From assembly GCA_038321865.1 (NCBI GenBank), contig JBBQFH010000019.1, positions 1 through 55,240 on the forward strand: DNA of 55,240 bases, read 5' to 3'. The number at the start of each line of letters is the position of its first letter. The first letter of the stretch is position 1. The DNA comes from Gemmatimonadales bacterium. GTDB lineage: Bacteria > Gemmatimonadota > Gemmatimonadetes > Gemmatimonadales > GWC2-71-9. Shown here in pieces: positions 26,706 to 36,062 of this stretch. The notes under the pieces were generated by a model, which made no database searches, had not been told where the DNA came from, and was given only the letters and a program-made list of their open reading frames with translations. Both the position numbers and the translations under genes were made by a program.

Positions 26706-28196
26706 ATGCGTCCCATCGCCTGCCTGGCTTTCGTCGCGCTGGCGGCCGCAGCCTGCGGTCCGCCCCGAAAGATCGACGCCCCGCTGCCGACCACCGTCTC
26801 CGATCTCGAGGCCACGGGCGACTCGGTCGTCCGGCTGTCGCCAACCTATGCCAGCGCGCCGGTCCGGGTGGATCTCCGCCTGGTACTGTCCGAGATCCAG
26901 CGCACGATTCCGGATCACATCGGCAGCCTGACCGACCGTCTGCTGGTGTCCACCAGCCCGAGGACGTGGGTGGCGCTCGAGATTCTGCGCGGCCCGATCG
27001 ATATCAAGTTCGGCAGCGCGAGCATGACGCTGACGGCCACCGTGGCGTATCGTGGCCGGGTGTGGCGGAAGGTGCCGCTGACCACCATCTCCGCCTCGTG
27101 TGGCACCGGCGTCCGCGCGCCGCTGGCCCGCATCCGTATCCGCACCGATTACCGGATCGATTCGACCTGGCACATCCGGACGTCGAGCCGGGTGCTCAGC
27201 GCCGAACGCGCGACGGCCGATCCCGCGGATGAATGCCATGTCACTTTCGTCGGCATCGATGTCACGGCGAAAGTGATGGCGGCGGCGACGGCCGCGGTGA
27301 ACAAGGCCCTCCGCGTCGCGGACGCCCGACTCGCGCTGGTGGACGTGCGCAGCGCAGTCGCTCCGGTCTGGGCCTCGCTGCAGCAGCCGATCTCGATCCA
27401 GGACACAACGATCTGGCTGGCGCTGCACCCGCGGGAGGTGGGTGTGGGGCCGGTCACCGTTCGCGACTCCTTCGCCAATGCGACAGTGACGCTGCTGGCC
27501 CAGCCGCGCATCGTGGCCGGGGCGCGCCCGCCGCCCGACACGGCATCGCTGCCGGACCTCTCCCACCTGGTCGCCGCCGATACGCTCGCCGCCACGATAG
27601 ACGGCTCGCTGACGTATGAGGCCGCGAACGTCATTCTCCGGAAATCACTCAGGGGACACAAGCTCCGGGTGCGCGGCCGGCGCCTCGTCATCGAGGACGT
27701 CGCCATGACCTACATCGGTCGGCACCGCATCGCGCTCGGCGTGCTGCTGTCGGGGGCGGTGGAGGGCAAGGTGTATTTCCTCGGGACGCCGGTCTACGAC
27801 TCGGTCAGGGATGCGATCACGGTGCCGGACCTGTCGTACGACGCCCACACGTCGAACGTGTTGGTGCAGGGCATCGCCTGGCTGGCCGGCGACAAGCTGC
27901 GGGATGAGCTGCGCCGCCAGGCGACGGTGCCCGCGAGCTCGATGCTCGACCTTGCCCGCGGCCTGGCCAACCAGGAGATCACCCGCACCCTCGCCGACGG
28001 CGTGAAGCTGTCGGGCGAGCTGCGCTCGGCCCGTGCGCTCACCGCCCAGGCCACCGCCGACGGGTTCCGCGCCCAAGCCACGGGAAGCGGCAAGCTCGCT
28101 CTCGACATCCGCCTCGAGCGCATTTTCGCGAATACGCACATTCCGCGACATCCGATCAAGGGCATGGAAGACCCGGAGCTCGCGGACAAGCAGTGA
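26706..28196 (+). CDS. DUF4403-family lipoprotein
   Basis: Lipobox AAAC; long beta-rich body; WASLQQPI, GKVYFLGTPVYD. Confidence 0.75.
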   Translation: MRPIACLAFVALAAAACGPPRKIDAPLPTTVSDLEATGDSVVRLSPTYASAPVRVDLRLVLSEIQRTIPDHIGSLTDRLLVSTSPRTWVALEILRGPIDIKFGSASMTLTATVAYRGRVWRKVPLTTISASCGTGVRAPLARIRIRTDYRIDSTWHIRTSSRVLSAERATADPADECHVTFVGIDVTAKVMAAATAAVNKALRVADARLALVDVRSAVAPVWASLQQPISIQDTTIWLALHPREVGVGPVTVRDSFANATVTLLAQPRIVAGARPPPDTASLPDLSHLVAADTLAATIDGSLTYEAANVILRKSLRGHKLRVRGRRLVIEDVAMTYIGRHRIALGVLLSGAVEGKVYFLGTPVYDSVRDAITVPDLSYDAHTSNVLVQGIAWLAGDKLRDELRRQATVPASSMLDLARGLANQEITRTLADGVKLSGELRSARALTAQATADGFRAQATGSGKLALDIRLERIFANTHIPRHPIKGMEDPELADKQ

Positions 28197-28230
28197 GGAG
28201 CCAGTCGCACGTTCAACTCGAGGAGGGATC

Positions 28231-28587
28231 GTGGAGCCGGACATGACGAGCACGACGTTTACGCTTGACGGGTATCAGATCGTCCAGTCGCTCGGCATCG
28301 TGCGGGGCGTCACGGTGCGCTCCCGGTCGGTATTCGGGACGGTGGGTGCCAAGTTCCAGGTCATGTTCGGCGGCCATATCTCGCTGCTGACCTCACTCTG
28401 CGAGCGGGCGCGGCAGGAAGCGTTCGACATCATGCTGGCCCACGCGAACCGGAGCGGAGCCAACGGCGTCGTCGGCGTGCGGTACGATGCGACCGAGATC
28501 ATGGCAGGAGTGACGGAAGTGATCTGCTACGGGACGGCCGTCACGGTCGAACCGTCGTACCGCCTGGCCGACGGCGAGGCCCGCTGA
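28231..28587 (+). CDS. YbjQ/UPF0145 family protein
   Basis: LGIVRGVTVRSR, GANGVVGVRYD, EVICYGTAV. Confidence 0.92.
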   Translation: MEPDMTSTTFTLDGYQIVQSLGIVRGVTVRSRSVFGTVGAKFQVMFGGHISLLTSLCERARQEAFDIMLAHANRSGANGVVGVRYDATEIMAGVTEVICYGTAVTVEPSYRLADGEAR

Positions 28588-28589
28588 GC

Positions 28590-30212
28590 GTGCGCCGCGG
28601 CGCCGCGCTGCTGCTGGCCGGCGCCCTGGCCGGAGCCCCCGTCCGCGCCCAGCAGGCCGACTCGCTTGGCATCACGACCGACGAGCTCAGCGCCCGGCTG
28701 CGGCTCCTCTCGTCGGATCTTTTCGAGGGACGCTATCCGGGAACGCGCGGCGAGACGCTGACCACATCCTATCTCGTCAGCGAGCTCCAGACCTTCGGGC
28801 TGCGGCCGGGCGCCGCTCCTGCCGTCGGCGACACCGCCGACGGCTGGCTGCAGCCGGTCTCCATCCTCACCTATCGCCCCGACCCGACCTCGCCGAACGA
28901 AGCCCGACTCAGCGGGCGCATCACCCGCGCGCTCGAGCACGGGCGCGAGATTCGGCTGGCGAACTACTCGACCAGCGCCGAGGTCCGCGCCGGCGGGGAG
29001 CTGGTCTTCATCGGCTACGGCATCTACGCGCCGGCGTACGGATGGGACGATTTCCGTGGACTCGACCTGCGCGGAAAGATCGCGATCGGCCTCGCCGGCG
29101 AGCCGGCGCTCTCGAACGACACGACTCGCTTCAACGGGGTGAGGGCCTCGCGCTATTCATGGACCGCCGAGAAGCTGGCCGAGCTGGAGCGGCGTGGCGC
29201 GATCGGTGTACTGTGGATGCGTCCGTCGGGCTCGCTGTCTCGCGCACCGGTTGGCGGCACCAGGCGCCTGGCGGCCGAGGCCGAGGGCGGGCACCTGCTG
29301 TTCACCGGCGGGCTGACTGACTCCACGCTCGCCGGACTGCTGCCCACCCGCGCGGGCGGCATCGGTGCCGTCGTCGCGGCGGCCGACCGGCAGGGTTTTC
29401 GTCCCATCCCGCTCGGCGTTCGGCTCGATGTCGTGTTCCGGACACGGCCGGTGACGGTGGTGAGCCACAACGTCGTCGGGGTCGTTCCTGGACGCGATCC
29501 GCGGCTGGCCGGCGAGCATGTCGTGCTGAGTGCGCACTGGGACGCGTACGGCATTGGCCCGGCGGTCAACGGCGACTCGATCTACAACGGCGCGCTGGAC
29601 GACGGGTCCGGGACGACGGTCCTGCTGGCGCTCGCCCGCGCATTTGCGCGGCACCCGCAGCGGCGCTCGCTCACCTTTCTCTTCACGACGGCGGAGGAGT
29701 GGGGATTGATCGGCGCGCGCGGCTTCGTCCGGGATGGCCCGCTCGCCCGCGATCGCATCGTGGCCAACCTGAACCTGGATGACGGCATCGAGCTGCTGGG
29801 CGTCAAGCGCGACGCGGCGCCACTCGGCGTCGAGCTCAGCACCCTCGGAGCGACGGTGGCGACAGTCGCCACGAGGATGGGCCTCCGCGTCTCGCCGGAT
29901 CCGTATCCCGAGGAAGGCTACTTTCTCCGGGCCGACAACCTTCCATTCGCCGAGGCCGGCATCCCGTCACTCTACATGGCGCTCGGGACCGACGTCCCCG
30001 GTGCGGCTCCGGGTTTCGTCGACGCGAAGGTCAAGGAATACCTCGATCACCATTACCATCGACCGAGCGATCAGTACGACACCTTCACGCTGCTGTTCGA
30101 AGGGTCGAAGCAGTTCGCCGAATTCGTGCGCGACGTGACTATCGCGGTCGCCAATGCCGACCAGCGGCCGCGCTGGCTGGCCGGCGCGGAATTCCAGCGG
30201 GGAGCACCATGA
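28590..30212 (+). CDS. Secreted M28 metallopeptidase with PA domain
   Basis: Signal peptide; EGRYPGT, SAHWD, NGALDDGSG, AEEWGL, YHRPSD. Confidence 0.93.
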   Translation: MRRGAALLLAGALAGAPVRAQQADSLGITTDELSARLRLLSSDLFEGRYPGTRGETLTTSYLVSELQTFGLRPGAAPAVGDTADGWLQPVSILTYRPDPTSPNEARLSGRITRALEHGREIRLANYSTSAEVRAGGELVFIGYGIYAPAYGWDDFRGLDLRGKIAIGLAGEPALSNDTTRFNGVRASRYSWTAEKLAELERRGAIGVLWMRPSGSLSRAPVGGTRRLAAEAEGGHLLFTGGLTDSTLAGLLPTRAGGIGAVVAAADRQGFRPIPLGVRLDVVFRTRPVTVVSHNVVGVVPGRDPRLAGEHVVLSAHWDAYGIGPAVNGDSIYNGALDDGSGTTVLLALARAFARHPQRRSLTFLFTTAEEWGLIGARGFVRDGPLARDRIVANLNLDDGIELLGVKRDAAPLGVELSTLGATVATVATRMGLRVSPDPYPEEGYFLRADNLPFAEAGIPSLYMALGTDVPGAAPGFVDAKVKEYLDHHYHRPSDQYDTFTLLFEGSKQFAEFVRDVTIAVANADQRPRWLAGAEFQRGAP

Positions 30213-31828
30213 CGACTCGACGCCGCTTCCTCGCCGGGGCGGGTGGGGCGCTGTTCGCGGCGGCCGGCCCGCCCGCGCTGTTCCGCCGGCGGGCCAGCCA
30301 CGACCTGGTCATCCGCGGCGGTACCGTCTTCGACGGCACCGGCACGCCCGGCGTCGAGCGCGATGTCGCGGTTTCGGCCGGCCGCATCTCGGCCGTGGCC
30401 CCGCGCCTGGCCGGGCGCGCCACCGAGGAGATCGATGCCCGCGGGCTGGCCGTGAGCCCCGGCTTCATCGACATCCACTCCCACGGTGACGGCTCGCTCG
30501 ACGCCGACCCGCGCGCCGAGTCGCTGATCCGGCAGGGGATCACCACGATCATCGCCGGCCAGGACGGCGGCTCCGACGCGACCGGGGGCGAGGACCAGCC
30601 GTTCGACGCACTCCTGGCCGGATACGACCGGCTCTCGCCGTCGGTGAACATCGCGTCCATGATCGGACTGGGCACCGTGCGCGGCGCGGTGGTCGGTGAC
30701 AAGGACCGCCCGGCAACGCCCGACGAGCTGGCCCGCATGGGCGCGATGGTCGAACGGGCGCTGGCGCAGGGGGCGTGCGGTGCATCGTCCGGGCTCGAGT
30801 ACACGCCGGGCGCGTTCGCGCCGCTCGGCGAGCTGATCGCGCTGTGCCGGCCGCTGGCCGCACGGCGCCTGCCGTACGCCACGCACATGCGGAATGAGGA
30901 CGACCGCGTGCTCGAGGCGATCGACGAATCGATCGCCGTCGCCCGCGGGGCACGCTGTCCGCTGCAGATCTCCCACCTCAAGACCCAGGGCCCCCGCAAC
31001 TGGGCCAAGCTCGACACCGTCTTCGCCCGGATCGCGACCGCGAAGCGGGCCGGGCTCGACGTGGCGTTCGATCGCTATCCCTACGTCGCGTACCAGACCG
31101 GACTCACCAATCTGTTCCCGGTCTGGAGTCGCGATGGCGGCACCGATGCCTTTCTCGCCCGATTGGCGGATTCCGCCACCGCACCCCGGATCCGGGAGGC
31201 GACGCTGGCGAAGGTGGCGCTGATCGGCGGCTGGGACAACGTGATGGTCACCAGCGTCCGCGACAGCAGCGACCGCGCCGCCGAAGGACAGCGGCTCGGC
31301 GCGTTCGCCGCCGCCTCGGGTGCCGACCCCTACGAGCTCGCCCAGTCGCTGCTGCGGCGGAGCCATGGCGGGGTCGGCATGGTCGGCTTCGCGATGAGCG
31401 AGGACAACCTCGCGCGCATCCTGGCCCATCCACTCGGCATGGTCTGCAGCGACGGCGGGAGCTATGCCGTGGACGGGCCCACCCATCGCGGTAGTCCGCA
31501 TCCCCGCGGGCTGGGCACCTTCCCCCGGGTGCTCGGCCGGTACGTACGGGAGCGGAAGGCGCTGACACTGGCGCAGGCGATCAACAAGATGACTGCGTTT
31601 CCCGCCGCCCGGGTGCGGCTGGCCGATCGCGGTCGCATCGCGCCCGGACTCGCGGGCGATCTGGTCGTGTTCGATCCCGCCACCGTGGCGGATCGCGCCA
31701 CCTTCGAGCAGCCGTTTCAGTATCCGGTGGGCATCTCCGCCGTCGTCGTCAATGGATCGATCGCGCTGCGTGACGGCGAGCGGCGCGGCGCGGGGCACGG
31801 CCGTGCGCTCCGTCCTTCCCTCGCCTGA
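30209..31828 (+). CDS. Tat-exported N-acyl-D-amino-acid deacylase (D-aminoacylase family)
   Basis: TRRRFL; PGFIDIHSH, HMRNE, ISHLK, SDG, HPRGLGTFPRVLG. Confidence 0.92.
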   Translation: MTTRRRFLAGAGGALFAAAGPPALFRRRASHDLVIRGGTVFDGTGTPGVERDVAVSAGRISAVAPRLAGRATEEIDARGLAVSPGFIDIHSHGDGSLDADPRAESLIRQGITTIIAGQDGGSDATGGEDQPFDALLAGYDRLSPSVNIASMIGLGTVRGAVVGDKDRPATPDELARMGAMVERALAQGACGASSGLEYTPGAFAPLGELIALCRPLAARRLPYATHMRNEDDRVLEAIDESIAVARGARCPLQISHLKTQGPRNWAKLDTVFARIATAKRAGLDVAFDRYPYVAYQTGLTNLFPVWSRDGGTDAFLARLADSATAPRIREATLAKVALIGGWDNVMVTSVRDSSDRAAEGQRLGAFAAASGADPYELAQSLLRRSHGGVGMVGFAMSEDNLARILAHPLGMVCSDGGSYAVDGPTHRGSPHPRGLGTFPRVLGRYVRERKALTLAQAINKMTAFPAARVRLADRGRIAPGLAGDLVVFDPATVADRATFEQPFQYPVGISAVVVNGSIALRDGERRGAGHGRALRPSLA

Positions 31829-31840
31829 TCGGACACCTTC

Positions 31841-33814
31841 TTGCTGATCGCACTCGCGCTGGCCGCCTCGGCCGCTCTTGGCCAGACGCCGGTGGCCGAC
31901 TCGGTCCATTACCGCCTCTACAAGTTCGAGCGCGCGATCGGCCACGAAACCGACAGCATCGTGCACGGCGCGGCCGGCGATACGATCCGCACGGTCTTCA
32001 GCTTCACGGACCGCGGCACCGAAGTGGCGCTCCGCGCGACCCTCATCACCGCGCTCGACGGCACCGCGACGGCCCTCACGGCGAACGGCCGGACGTCGCG
32101 CAGCTCGGGGGCCGATGCCGCCGTCGAGGTGGCCGGCGGAATCGTGCGGGCGCGGAGCGGCAGGGACTCGGTCCGTGCGCCGGTCGCCGCACCGTACTTC
32201 CTGTCCATCGGGTACGCCCCCGTGATCGCCCAGCAGGCGCTGGTGCGCTACTGGCTGTCGCACGGCCGGCCGGCCCGGATACGGCTGGCGCCGGTCGGCG
32301 GGGTGACGATCACCGATCGCGGAGCGGATACGCTCACGATCGCGGGCCAGCCGGTGGTGCTCCGGCGCATCGGCATTCGCGACCTGGTCTGGGGCCGGGA
32401 GACGGTGTGGCTCGACAGTACCTCACGGCTGGTCGGACTGGTCACGCGCGACGCCGAGTTCGACCACTTCGAGGCGGTGGCGGACGGCTATGACGCCGCG
32501 GTCCCTGTCTTCGTCAGCCGAGCCGCGGCCGATGAGATGGCGGAGCTGGCCGACCTGACGACGGATGCCGGGCGGAGCGGGGACTTCGCGATCGTCGGGG
32601 CGAGACTGATAGACGGAACCGGCAAGCCCGCAGTTCGGGATGCCGTCGTGATCGTGCGTGGCGGACGGATCGCGGCGGCCGGCCAGCGCGCAAGGATTCG
32701 GGTTCCGCGAGGGATGCCGGCTGTGGACGGGCGCGGCCAGACGGTGCTACCCGGCCTGTGGGACATGCACGCACACGCCGAACAGGTGGACTGGGGCCCG
32801 CTCTACCTGGCGGCGGGCGTCACGACCGCACGCGATGTGGGAAACGAGCGCGAGTTCATCGTGGCGATGCGCGATGCGCTCAGGGCCGGCCATGGGGTGG
32901 GTCCGCGCCTCCTGCTGGCGGGCGTGATCGACGGGGGCGGTGCCCGCGCGATCGGTGTGGACACGGCCGTCACGGCGGCTCAGGGTACGGCGCTGGTGGA
33001 TGCGTACGTCGAATCCGGCTTCGACCAGATCAAGGTGTACAGCAGCCTCCAGCCCGAGGTGCTTCGCGCCATCACCGCCGAGGCGCACGCCCGGCAGCGC
33101 ACGGTGACCGGCCACATCCCCACCGGCATGACGATGTATGACGGGGTGTCGGCGGGCATGGATCAGATCAATCACATCACATTCGTCTACGACGTGGTGA
33201 AGGACACCGCGTTCCGGCCGACGACGGCAAATCCGGTCCCGCCGCTCGACAGCGCGCGGCTGGCTCGCGCCGTCGCCTTCCTGGCGGAGCACCACACGGT
33301 GGTGGATCCGACCATCGCGCTCTACGAGCAGTTCCTCCGCCCGGCGTCCGTTCCCGCGACATCGGTCGAGCCGGGCGTCGCCAAGGTCGCGCCGGCGTTG
33401 CGGGCCCAGTTCGCCGGCGGGGGTCTGCCGGCGGCGGTGGCAGTCGCGGCGCGCCGCCGGCTGGACAATCTGCTGGCCGTCATCCGGGCGCTCCACCGGG
33501 GCGGAGTGACCATCGTCGCCGGCACCGACCAGGCCGTGCCGGGGCACAGCATCCACCGCGAGCTCGAGCTCTACGTCGAAGCCGGATTCACTCCGATGGA
33601 GGCGATCCAGGCGGCGACGTCGGTGCCGGCCCGGGTGATGGGCCTCTCGGCCGATGTCGGCACGATCGAGGCAGGAAAGCGGGCGGACCTGATCCTGGTG
33701 ACCGGCAATCCGCTCCTGCGCATCGCCGATACCCGCAACATCCGGCTGGTCGTCGCCAACGGCCGGCGGTTCGATCCCGCGCCGCTCTGGCGGAGCGTCG
33801 GCTTCCAACCCTGA
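31841..33814 (+). CDS. Secreted amidohydrolase with N-terminal beta domain
   Basis: PGLWDMHAH, QIKVY, VTGH, AGTD, GTIEAGKRADL. Confidence 0.9.
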   Translation: MLIALALAASAALGQTPVADSVHYRLYKFERAIGHETDSIVHGAAGDTIRTVFSFTDRGTEVALRATLITALDGTATALTANGRTSRSSGADAAVEVAGGIVRARSGRDSVRAPVAAPYFLSIGYAPVIAQQALVRYWLSHGRPARIRLAPVGGVTITDRGADTLTIAGQPVVLRRIGIRDLVWGRETVWLDSTSRLVGLVTRDAEFDHFEAVADGYDAAVPVFVSRAAADEMAELADLTTDAGRSGDFAIVGARLIDGTGKPAVRDAVVIVRGGRIAAAGQRARIRVPRGMPAVDGRGQTVLPGLWDMHAHAEQVDWGPLYLAAGVTTARDVGNEREFIVAMRDALRAGHGVGPRLLLAGVIDGGGARAIGVDTAVTAAQGTALVDAYVESGFDQIKVYSSLQPEVLRAITAEAHARQRTVTGHIPTGMTMYDGVSAGMDQINHITFVYDVVKDTAFRPTTANPVPPLDSARLARAVAFLAEHHTVVDPTIALYEQFLRPASVPATSVEPGVAKVAPALRAQFAGGGLPAAVAVAARRRLDNLLAVIRALHRGGVTIVAGTDQAVPGHSIHRELELYVEAGFTPMEAIQAATSVPARVMGLSADVGTIEAGKRADLILVTGNPLLRIADTRNIRLVVANGRRFDPAPLWRSVGFQP

Positions 33815-33830
33815 GAGGCAGCGTGAATCC

Positions 33831-35297
33831 ATGAAGCTCGTCCTGCTGGTGCTCGCGACTTCGCTCGGCGCACTCCCCGCGCGGGCCCAGGTTCCGGCGA
33901 CGGAGTATGCCGCCCGCCGTGACTCCCTCGCGAAGCGGATCGGCAGCGGGGTGGTGGTGGCGTTCGGGGCCCGGACCCCGGTCACCGATTTCGGACCGCC
34001 GACGCAGCTGCCGGCCTTTCACTACCTCACCGGCTTCGATGAGCCGGATGCCGCCTTCGTCATGGTCGTCCGGGACGGGGTGGCCTCGCCGATGCTGTTT
34101 ACGACACCGATCGAGGCGCGCCAGGCGATGTATTACGGCCGCCGGCCCGACAGCGCGACCGTGGCACGCCTGACCGGCATGCCCGGACGCGCCTTTGCCA
34201 GCCTCGGCGCCAGTCTCGACTCGCTCGCGGGTGCCGGGCTCACATTCTACACCCTCGCCGATTTCGAGGACGCCGATTTTCAGTTCGCCGACTCGCTCAC
34301 CCGCGGGCGGATGTTCATGCGGGACCTGGTCGCGCGGCATGCCGGGCTGGCAGTCAAGAATGCGCATCCCCTGGTGGATCAGCTCCGGGCCCGGAAGAGC
34401 GAGGCCGAGCTGGCACTGCTCCGCCACGCCGCCGCCGCGAGCGTCGAAGGTCACAAGGCCGCGCTCCGGGCGGCGGCGCCCGGCCTCCACGAGTATGACG
34501 TCCAGGCGGCGGCGGAGTACGAGTTCCGGCGGGGCGGGGCCTCGCGGCCGGCGTATGGCAGCATCGTCGGATCCGGCGAGAACGGCACCCAGCTGCACTA
34601 CATGAAGGATCGCGGCCCCCTCAAGGCAGGCGACCTGATCGTGCTGGATGCCGCCGGCGAATACGAGGGCTACGCCGCCGACGTCACCCGGACGATTCCA
34701 GTGAGCGGCACCTTCAGCAGGGATCAGCGCACCCTGTACCAGATGGTGCTGGACGCACAGGCGGCGGCGGTCCGCAACGCCCGGCCCGGGATGGTGTTTC
34801 AGGCGGCCCAGGACTCCTCGGTCGAGGTGCGCGCCCGGGGCCTGGCCGCCATGGGGCTGATCGAGGGCGCGGACGCGCTCTTCGACCCACCGTGGCCGGC
34901 CGATTGCGCGGCGCAGCCGCGCGCGTGCCGGCAGGTATCGGTGTGGACGATCCACGGCATCACCCACGGCCTCGGCCTCGCGGTCCACGATCCGGTGCAG
35001 TTCTACTACGGCGACCGCACCGTCAAGCCGGGCGACGTCTTCACGGTCGAGCCAGGGATCTACATCAGTACGGTGTTCCTCGACATTCTGCCCGACACGC
35101 CCCGGAACCGCGCGTTCATCGCTAGGGTTCGGCCGGTGGCCGAGCGGCTGAACAACACCGGAATTCGGATCGAGGACGACTACATCGCCACGGCGACCGG
35201 GCTCGAATGGATCAGCCCCGCGCCCCGGGAGGTTCGTGACGTCGAGGCGGCGATGAAGGTGGCGCGGAACACGGCGAGGCCCCGGGCGTCCCGCTAG
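33831..35297 (+). CDS. Secreted Xaa-Pro aminopeptidase (M24B)
   Basis: Signal peptide; FHYLTG, LHY, LDAAGEY..YAADVTRT, HGITHGLGLAVHD, TVEPGIY, GIRIEDD. Confidence 0.92.
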   Translation: MKLVLLVLATSLGALPARAQVPATEYAARRDSLAKRIGSGVVVAFGARTPVTDFGPPTQLPAFHYLTGFDEPDAAFVMVVRDGVASPMLFTTPIEARQAMYYGRRPDSATVARLTGMPGRAFASLGASLDSLAGAGLTFYTLADFEDADFQFADSLTRGRMFMRDLVARHAGLAVKNAHPLVDQLRARKSEAELALLRHAAAASVEGHKAALRAAAPGLHEYDVQAAAEYEFRRGGASRPAYGSIVGSGENGTQLHYMKDRGPLKAGDLIVLDAAGEYEGYAADVTRTIPVSGTFSRDQRTLYQMVLDAQAAAVRNARPGMVFQAAQDSSVEVRARGLAAMGLIEGADALFDPPWPADCAAQPRACRQVSVWTIHGITHGLGLAVHDPVQFYYGDRTVKPGDVFTVEPGIYISTVFLDILPDTPRNRAFIARVRPVAERLNNTGIRIEDDYIATATGLEWISPAPREVRDVEAAMKVARNTARPRASR

Positions 35298-35351
35298 CGT
35301 GAGGCTCACGGGCGCCCGGCCCGTGGGAGACCTCCGCGGAGCGTGACGGCG

Positions 35352-36062
35352 ATGGCGAAGCAGGCGACGGCAAAGAAGACCACGGCAAGGAAGCGCGCTG
35401 TGAAGAAGCCGCCGACGAAGAAGCCCCCGACGAAGAAGCCGGCGGCGAAGAAATCCGCGAAGGCCCCCGCGACGCTGGCCGAGTACCGGCGGAAGCGCGA
35501 CTTCACCCGCACCCGTGAGCCCGCCGGCGGGGCCTCCGCCCGACGGACCCGGCTGGCGTTCGTGATCCAGAAGCACGCCGCCAGCCACCTGCACTTCGAT
35601 CTCCGGCTCGAGCTCGACGGTGTGATGAAGAGCTGGGCGGTGCCCAAGGGCCCCAGCCTCGATCCGACCGTCAAGCGGCTCGCGATGCAGGTGGAAGACC
35701 ATCCGATCGAATACAACACCTTCGAAGGGACGATTCCTCAGGGCGAATACGGCGGCGGGACCGTCATGCTCTGGGATCGGGGCACCTACACCAGTGTCGA
35801 GGAGGAGCCGGACCCGGAGGCGGCGCTCCGTCGCGGCTACGAGCGAGGGGATTTCAAGTTCGAGCTGGCCGGAAAGCGACTGCGCGGCTCGTGGGTGCTC
35901 GTCCGGACTCGGCGCGGTGATGAACGCCGGCCCCAGTGGCTGCTGATCAAGCACCGCGACCAGTACGCGGAGGAAGGCGCGGACATCGTGGCCGACGTCA
36001 CGACGTCGGTGACGACCCGGCGGACGATAGAGCAGATCGCGAACGCTCGCTCACGGTCCTGA
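35352..36062 (+). CDS. Stand-alone LigD 3'-phosphoesterase domain with Lys/Ala/Pro-rich N-tail
   Basis: EYRRKRDF..T.EP, FVIQKHAASHLHFDLRLE, SWAVPKGP, EDHPIEY, GTVMLWDRG. Confidence 0.93.
   Translation: MAKQATAKKTTARKRAVKKPPTKKPPTKKPAAKKSAKAPATLAEYRRKRDFTRTREPAGGASARRTRLAFVIQKHAASHLHFDLRLELDGVMKSWAVPKGPSLDPTVKRLAMQVEDHPIEYNTFEGTIPQGEYGGGTVMLWDRGTYTSVEEEPDPEAALRRGYERGDFKFELAGKRLRGSWVLVRTRRGDERRPQWLLIKHRDQYAEEGADIVADVTTSVTTRRTIEQIANARSRS
35403..35459 (+). repeat. 15-bp coding tandem repeat (about 3.8 copies; KKPPT KKPPT KKPAA KKSA)
   Basis: aagaagccgccgacg / aagaagcccccgacg / aagaagccggcggcg / aagaaatccgcg. Confidence 0.85.

Noticed and set aside
30071..35954. Long antisense ORFs (30071-32263, 33588-35954; likewise 13965-15626, 41433-43022, 46665-50003, 50962-52473)
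   Set aside because: Shadow frames opposite motif-supported genes; expected in high-GC DNA with few stop codons
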